64,000 nt of DNA from Candidatus Zhuqueibacterota bacterium (GTDB taxonomy: Bacteria > Zhuqueibacterota > Zhuqueibacteria > Thermofontimicrobiales > Thermofontimicrobiaceae), in the NCBI GenBank assembly GCA_049322915.1, contig JBMOPW010000020.1:224001-288000 (forward strand), written 5' to 3'. The notes beneath the pieces were generated by a model, which was given only the letters and a program-made list of their open reading frames with translations, had not been told where the DNA came from and did no database searches. Of the stretch, positions 58,655-64,000 are shown piece by piece. The first letter of the stretch is position 1; each line of letters starts with the position of its first letter. Made by a program: the position numbers and the translations under genes.

Positions 58655-58733
58655 TTTAACGAACAACAACAGTCCCAGTGGGATGTGTTGAAGAAAAGCA
58701 ATGAATCATTCGCTTCGAAAAGTGAGGTTCACT

Positions 58734-61202
58734 ATGAAAACAAAACCCTGGCAGACGGTAATCCTCTGTGGGATCGTTCTTTTTAGCTTCACCTCGTTGA
58801 GCGTGTCACAGATTCCGGTCACAATTCCTGATGATGTGGAGACCGAGTTTGGGACGTACCATCCAATTCCGGTCCAATTCACCCCGCAAGTTCCTGAGTT
58901 TCAGCTCGAGTCTGATTTCAGCAATGTCACCAATTATAATTCTCTCGGCTGGTGGTTCAACGCGACCGACATGAGTCTGCTGCTGGACAATCATTTTACG
59001 GTGAAAAAAAGCCAGTACAAGCAACTTTACGAAGTGTACAATGCCTGCACCTGGGACGGAACCCCGATATTCGTCACAGCCGATGCGGTGCTGCATACCT
59101 ATCATGTGCTGTTCGATTATTTTCTCTCCGAAATTGAGGCTCGGAAATTCGTGGCTGCGTTGAGCGAATTGACCGATGCGATGATCCTCAACATTGAGGC
59201 CGATTACCCGCAGCTCATGACAGCGCAGGCCCGGGATGCGGCTTTGTCCAACCTGGCCTATTTCTATGTCGCCCGAAAATTGCTTTCCCCTGATGATGCG
59301 GCGCCGGCGGAGATCGCAGATGTGGTGGATGCGGAATTAGCCCTCATCGATGCGCACGAAGGCTTTTCTTTCTCCCCGATTTTTGGGGAATTCTCCAAAC
59401 TGGATTATAGCCAATTCAAACCGCGCGGGCATTACACGAAAAGCGAAACGCTTCAGGTTTATTTCAAAACCATGATGTGGTACGGCTGGACTATTTTCAC
59501 GATGGAACCTCAACTGTTCGGCGAAATTGCAGCGCGGCATTCACTCCAGGCGCTGCTGATGGTTCAGGATATCTATACGCTGCAGGGAGCAGAAGCGTCG
59601 CTTGAAACGCTGTGGGACTCCATTTACGAACCGACTGTGTTTTTCGTGGGCAGAACCGATGATCCGAACATCCGCGATTATCGCATCCTTGGGGAGCAGA
59701 TTTATGGCGATAATTTTCTGACCCTTTCCGGGGATAGCCTGGCCAATGCCCACCTGCTGGATGCGTTCATGGCGCAGGCGCAGACGCTGCCTGAGCCAAA
59801 AATACCCAACTGGATTCATGGCGCTTTTATCACGTACAAGGGATTCCGCTTCATGGGTCAGCGATTCATCCCTGACTCGTACTGGATGGCGCATCTCATC
59901 GATCCGTATGTTAGGTCCCGCTATTTCCCCAAAGGACTCGACGTACTGGCAATTTTAGGTTCGGCCCGCGCGTGCGCCTTGATGGATTCAGTCTACCACG
60001 AAACGAGTCCTGGCTACGCTGAAAAAATCGCCGAGTTTCGAGCCGAACTGATGGCGCTGAATCCGGAACAGTGGGCGCAGAACCTGTATTGGAACTGGCT
60101 CTATTGTCTGCTGCCGTTGCTCGGAGAGAAAGGCGCCGGCTACCCATTGTTCATGCAGACGCTGGCCTGGGCCGATAAAGAGTTGCTCACCGCTCTGGCG
60201 TCCTGGGCAGAACTCAGGCACGATACCATCCTCTATGCAAAACAAAGTATGACTCCCTGCGGTACAACGCCCGGTACACCAAAAAGCTACGTCGAACCCA
60301 ATCCACTTCTTTATGCGCGGCTGGCCAGTCTGGTCCAGTTCACAAAGGATGGATTGAGTTCAAGAAATCTTCTCCTGGATGGCTTCGACGTCAGACTGGA
60401 TTCATTTGAGAGGCTGCTCTTATTTTTGAAGGACATTTCGATCAAAGAATTGGAAAGCATACCGCTGACAGACACAGATTATGAAAATATTTTCTGCTTC
60501 GGATCGGTGATGCAAGACCTGGTATCTGTGACGTTAGACCCGAATAATCCCTTCAACAGGGACGTCGACGACATGGCCGTCGTGGCCGATGTGCATACCG
60601 ATTCCAACAGCGAACAATGCCTGGAAGAAGGCGTGGGCTATCCGCTGGAAATTTATGTCATCGTCAACGAAGGCGGGGACATTCGGTTGACGCGCGGAGC
60701 GATTTTTTCTTACTACGAATTCACTCAGCCCATCGCCGATCGATTGACCGATGAAAAATGGCGACAGATGCTCGTCAGCGATGCTCCGCCCAAAATGCCG
60801 GAGTGGGTATCCGGCTTTGTGAACGTGAATGAGGAGCAGCCCGAGTACTCCGAATTTTCCCCGGGTAACCTGTTCAATCATCTGTTTCTAAGCGTGGAGC
60901 GCATCCATCGAGAAGTGAAGCCGAAGACCACTCAACTCCTGACGAATTATCCAAATCCGTTCAACCCCCGGACGACGATTCAATATCAATTGGATAAAGC
61001 AGCGTTCGTCCGCCTGGAAATCTACAACATCAACGGGCATAGGATTCGCACATTGGTCAATGAAGTGCAGACGTCGGGGGTGTACGCGGTGCGCTGGGAT
61101 GGACGGGATGAATCCGGGAGAGCCGTCGCCAGCGGCGTCTATTTCTGCGCGATGAAATCCGGCGACTATGCCAAAGCTAATAAACTGTTTCTATTGAGAT
61201 AA
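58734..61202 (+). CDS. DUF3160-family protein with a C-terminal FlgD-like/sorting domain
   Basis: PIFVTADAVLHTYH, DYSQFKPRGHYT, YFKTMMWYG, FRFMGQRFIPDS, LASWAELRHDTILYAKQ, YVEP, VADVHTD, SYYEF and RLTDEKW; tail NYPNPFNP...WDGRDESGRAVASGVY. Confidence 0.87.
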   Translation: MKTKPWQTVILCGIVLFSFTSLSVSQIPVTIPDDVETEFGTYHPIPVQFTPQVPEFQLESDFSNVTNYNSLGWWFNATDMSLLLDNHFTVKKSQYKQLYEVYNACTWDGTPIFVTADAVLHTYHVLFDYFLSEIEARKFVAALSELTDAMILNIEADYPQLMTAQARDAALSNLAYFYVARKLLSPDDAAPAEIADVVDAELALIDAHEGFSFSPIFGEFSKLDYSQFKPRGHYTKSETLQVYFKTMMWYGWTIFTMEPQLFGEIAARHSLQALLMVQDIYTLQGAEASLETLWDSIYEPTVFFVGRTDDPNIRDYRILGEQIYGDNFLTLSGDSLANAHLLDAFMAQAQTLPEPKIPNWIHGAFITYKGFRFMGQRFIPDSYWMAHLIDPYVRSRYFPKGLDVLAILGSARACALMDSVYHETSPGYAEKIAEFRAELMALNPEQWAQNLYWNWLYCLLPLLGEKGAGYPLFMQTLAWADKELLTALASWAELRHDTILYAKQSMTPCGTTPGTPKSYVEPNPLLYARLASLVQFTKDGLSSRNLLLDGFDVRLDSFERLLLFLKDISIKELESIPLTDTDYENIFCFGSVMQDLVSVTLDPNNPFNRDVDDMAVVADVHTDSNSEQCLEEGVGYPLEIYVIVNEGGDIRLTRGAIFSYYEFTQPIADRLTDEKWRQMLVSDAPPKMPEWVSGFVNVNEEQPEYSEFSPGNLFNHLFLSVERIHREVKPKTTQLLTNYPNPFNPRTTIQYQLDKAAFVRLEIYNINGHRIRTLVNEVQTSGVYAVRWDGRDESGRAVASGVYFCAMKSGDYAKANKLFLLR

Positions 61203-61227
61203 ATTTTAAACGGAAAGGTGAACGACC

Positions 61228-62454
61228 ATGTTGAAATTAAAATGGCTCATTATTGCTGCACTGACGATTGGTATGTTTGGTCGCTGTTCGAAAACGCCCA
61301 CGACGCCGGACACAACACTGCCCCGCGAATTGACGTCTGCTGAAAAGTCGATTGTCGAATCGGACAACAAATTCGGCCTGAAGCTATTTCGCCAGATCAA
61401 CACAGAAGAGGGCGCGAAGAATATTTTCATCTCACCGCTGAGCGTTTCCATGGCCCTGGGTATGACGCTGAATGGCGCTCATGGCAGCACGTACGACGCC
61501 ATGCGGGCCACGCTCGAATACGAGGGATTGACTGAAGAGCAAATCAATAAATCCTATCACGATTTGATGGAATTACTACTCGGTCTGGATCCTGAAGTTG
61601 TGTTACAGATAGCCAATTCCATCTGGTATCGGAACACGTACACGTTTCGGGAGACTTTCATCAATACGAACAAACAGTATTTTGACGCCGAGGTGGCCGG
61701 ATTGAATTTCGATGATCCGGCGTCCGTGAATGTCATCAATGGCTGGGTGAATCAGAGCACCAATGGCAAAATCACCGAAATCATCGACAGCATCCATCCG
61801 GCCACCGTGATGTTTCTCATCAACGCCATTTATTTCAAAGGAACCTGGACCTACCAGTTCGAAGAAAAAGATACATACGATGGCTATTTCACGCTGCCGG
61901 ATAATTCGCAGCAAAACTGCAAGATGATGCGCCAGGCCAATGAATTCAATTATTTCAACGATGAACAGATTCAGGCTGTGGAACTGCCTTACGGCGATGG
62001 ATTGTTCAGCATGATCTTGATGCTGCCGAAACAGGACGTGGACATCGAGGCGCTGATTAAAAACTTAGATCAGACCGCCTGGGATAGCTGGCTGGGTAAA
62101 TTGACCAAGCAAAATGGCACCGTTCACCTGCCTCGGTTCAAGCTGGAATATGAAATCAAAATGAACGACGCGCTGACAGCGCTGGGCATGGGGATTGCAT
62201 TTTCAGATTTGGCTGATTTCACCAGCATGTACGAACCGGGTGGATTGTTCATCAGTCAGGTGAAACATAAATCGTTCGTGGAAGTTAATGAAGAGGGGAC
62301 AGAGGCGTCGGCTGTGACCATTGTCGAAATTCGGGAGACTATGGCCACTGACGAATTCAATCTGGTTGTCAATCGTCCGTTCATTTTTGCCATTCGGGAG
62401 AATCATTCCGGCAGCATTTTGTTCATCGGTAAAATTGTGAACCCGAATTCGTGA
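61228..62454 (+). CDS. Serpin (serine protease inhibitor), probable lipoprotein
   Basis: NIFISPLS, INGWV..TNGKI, LINAIYFKGTW, LPRFK, EVNEEGTEASAVT and NRPFIFAI; leader ending in GRC. Confidence 0.95.
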   Translation: MLKLKWLIIAALTIGMFGRCSKTPTTPDTTLPRELTSAEKSIVESDNKFGLKLFRQINTEEGAKNIFISPLSVSMALGMTLNGAHGSTYDAMRATLEYEGLTEEQINKSYHDLMELLLGLDPEVVLQIANSIWYRNTYTFRETFINTNKQYFDAEVAGLNFDDPASVNVINGWVNQSTNGKITEIIDSIHPATVMFLINAIYFKGTWTYQFEEKDTYDGYFTLPDNSQQNCKMMRQANEFNYFNDEQIQAVELPYGDGLFSMILMLPKQDVDIEALIKNLDQTAWDSWLGKLTKQNGTVHLPRFKLEYEIKMNDALTALGMGIAFSDLADFTSMYEPGGLFISQVKHKSFVEVNEEGTEASAVTIVEIRETMATDEFNLVVNRPFIFAIRENHSGSILFIGKIVNPNS

Positions 62455-62462
62455 GGAAGAAT

Positions 62463-62888
62463 ATGAGACGAGTCCTCTGGTTGCCGGGAATACTCCTGGC
62501 CCTGCTGGCGTGCGCCGGGGAAAATGCTCTGGACAGCCTGGCGCTACAGGAAAATCGATATAGCTACAGCGGCTACGATTCCACCGGCGTAAAAATAGTC
62601 CAGGGCTGGATTGAATTTCAGACCACTGATAGCTCCACGGTCGTCGGGCAATGGGAATTGAGTCCTGTGGGCAATCCACAACAGATTGGTCCCCAGACCG
62701 GCAGCGGGGAACTATCAGGTGGCCAGGTAGATGGCCGAATTTACATGGATTTAAATCCGACCTATCGCGATAACAATGTGGTGCTCGAGGCCGATTACAA
62801 CCGGGAGAAACTGGACGGAGAATGGAGTTATATCGGTTTCCCGGGCGTCCTCAATCGCGGAAGTTTCAAGGCAGTGAGAGAGCGGTAG
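62463..62888 (+). CDS. Small beta-rich hypothetical lipoprotein
   Basis: Lipobox LLAC; an alternative GTG start at 62451 overlaps the serpin stop. Confidence 0.75.
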   Translation: MRRVLWLPGILLALLACAGENALDSLALQENRYSYSGYDSTGVKIVQGWIEFQTTDSSTVVGQWELSPVGNPQQIGPQTGSGELSGGQVDGRIYMDLNPTYRDNNVVLEADYNREKLDGEWSYIGFPGVLNRGSFKAVRER

Positions 62889-62911
62889 TGTCTGACGAAT
62901 GGAGGCGTGAC

Positions 62912-64000
62912 ATGAAAATGCCCGATCTTTTTTTGTTCCTGTTCATTTTACTTTTTCACAGTCTGTTTCCGGCTACAGCAATTCCTCATGAGATGCCGAT
63001 GTTTTGCCACGAGTTTCGCGTCGGCGGCGGGGCCCGTCCGGATGTGGCGTCGCTGCCGAACGGAAATATCGTCATTTGTTGGGAAGGTGGAAACGGTCAT
63101 GTTCTGGCCAGGATATTTGATCGAAACGGCGTGCCGGTCACGGATAACTTTCAGGCCAGTGCAACGCCGTCGGATGAACATCCTGAGCCCCGAATTGCCA
63201 GTCAAACCAATGGCAATTTCCTGATTTGCTGGGAAGTTTATAAGGAAGCGGAAAACAAAAATTCCGATGTCTATGGTCAGTTCTTCTCTCAGGATGGTTC
63301 TCCGCTCGGTCCTGAATTCATTGCTTGCTCCAACCCTGTGGAGAATTGGTCACAGCGGGAATGCGATGTCGTCGCCTTGAATAACGGTGACTTCATCGTG
63401 GTCTGGATGAGCTACTACGAGGATAGCTTCCAGGGTGGCATTTTTGGACAGCGATTTACCAGCAGTGGAGAGACGGTGGGCGCGCAGTTTCAACTCAATT
63501 CATTCCCTGAAGAAGCGGACGAAAGAGCGCCAAATGTCACCAGCTTTGGGGAGTCCGGCTTTGGCGCTGTTTGGTTTCGCGGGTGGTTCGATTTCGGGCC
63601 GGATATAAGCCATGAGGAAATCGCCATTCAACGGTTCAATGCCAGAAATGAGTGCATGTGGACTGAAAAAACAGTGTGCGGCGAGCAATTGGGGACAGAT
63701 AGGCGACATGCAGTGACAGCGTTGCACGATAGCACGTTTGTCGTATGCTGGAGTAACTGGAGCGGTTTGTATCAGGAAACGGTCTGGGCGCGAAAATACG
63801 ATAGAGATGGGATTGCACTGGCAGCGCCATTTCGGGTGAACACCGCGCTCACTGCGATGGCGCTTGAACTTTCCATTGCCACCCTGAACAGTGGTGATTT
63901 CGTCATCTGCTGGAGGCATCATACTCCGGCCATTGAGGACGGTGAGCAAGTGACGCATCTTGAAATCCACGGGCAAATTTTCAATGAAGCGGCAGAAAAG
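62912..64000 (+). CDS. Secreted beta-propeller-repeat protein, truncated by the window edge
   Basis: Absent from the ORF track; read manually. GGAGG then MKMPDLFLFLFILLF...; repeats such as PDVASLPNGNIVICW, PRIASQTNGNFLICW..DVYGQFF..G...EF and DVVALNNGDFIVVW..IFGQRF. Confidence 0.8.
   Translation, partial: MKMPDLFLFLFILLFHSLFPATAIPHEMPMFCHEFRVGGGARPDVASLPNGNIVICWEGGNGHVLARIFDRNGVPVTDNFQASATPSDEHPEPRIASQTNGNFLICWEVYKEAENKNSDVYGQFFSQDGSPLGPEFIACSNPVENWSQRECDVVALNNGDFIVVWMSYYEDSFQGGIFGQRFTSSGETVGAQFQLNSFPEEADERAPNVTSFGESGFGAVWFRGWFDFGPDISHEEIAIQRFNARNECMWTEKTVCGEQLGTDRRHAVTALHDSTFVVCWSNWSGLYQETVWARKYDRDGIALAAPFRVNTALTAMALELSIATLNSGDFVICWRHHTPAIEDGEQVTHLEIHGQIFNEAAEK

Noticed and set aside
1..64000. 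CRISPR array, rRNA, tRNA, integrase or transposase
   Set aside because: No regularly spaced direct repeats, RNA-gene signatures or recombinase motifs were seen by eye; a covariance-model scan was not possible.

Overview
This is a 64-kb stretch of bacterial chromosome. C-terminal 'NYPNPFN' sorting/FlgD-like domains, a GWxTD protein and many sigma-54 systems suggest an FCB-group organism such as KSB1 or Calditrichota (inference only). Layout: (1) 1-14.3 kb, a sigma-54 two-component system with an orphan PhnD-like binding protein, divergent from a phosphate-themed cluster (two CYTH-like proteins, DASS transporter, DUF47, PiT, OprO/P porin, two tandem lamin-tail-domain proteins, YjiK propeller); (2) 14.9-19.3 kb, three tandem paralogous exported TPR proteins; (3) 19.6-31.6 kb, envelope and housekeeping genes (FadL-like barrel, GWxTD, RmlD-like, OPA-type MFS plus a P-loop protein, 5'-nucleotidase, Dabb, CE7 esterase, ppa); (4) 31.9-39.1 kb, PLP enzyme, cyclic amidohydrolase, SsnA-like, NUDIX, MetH-activation-like and HI0933 genes; (5) an AT-rich island of three lipoproteins, ychF and a structured 0.9-kb intergenic region; (6) 44.4-53.1 kb, a ~2880-aa fusion of an FAD 2-hydroxyacid-dehydrogenase-like module, Fe-S domains and a permuted glutamate synthase with an internal Ntn cysteine; (7) 53.1-64 kb, a second sigma-54 two-component system upstream of a DUF3160-serpin-lipoprotein-propeller operon with a clear enhancer palindrome and -24/-12 promoter. 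No rRNA, tRNA, CRISPR array or transposase was recognised. All family assignments come from reading motifs by eye; no database search was run.
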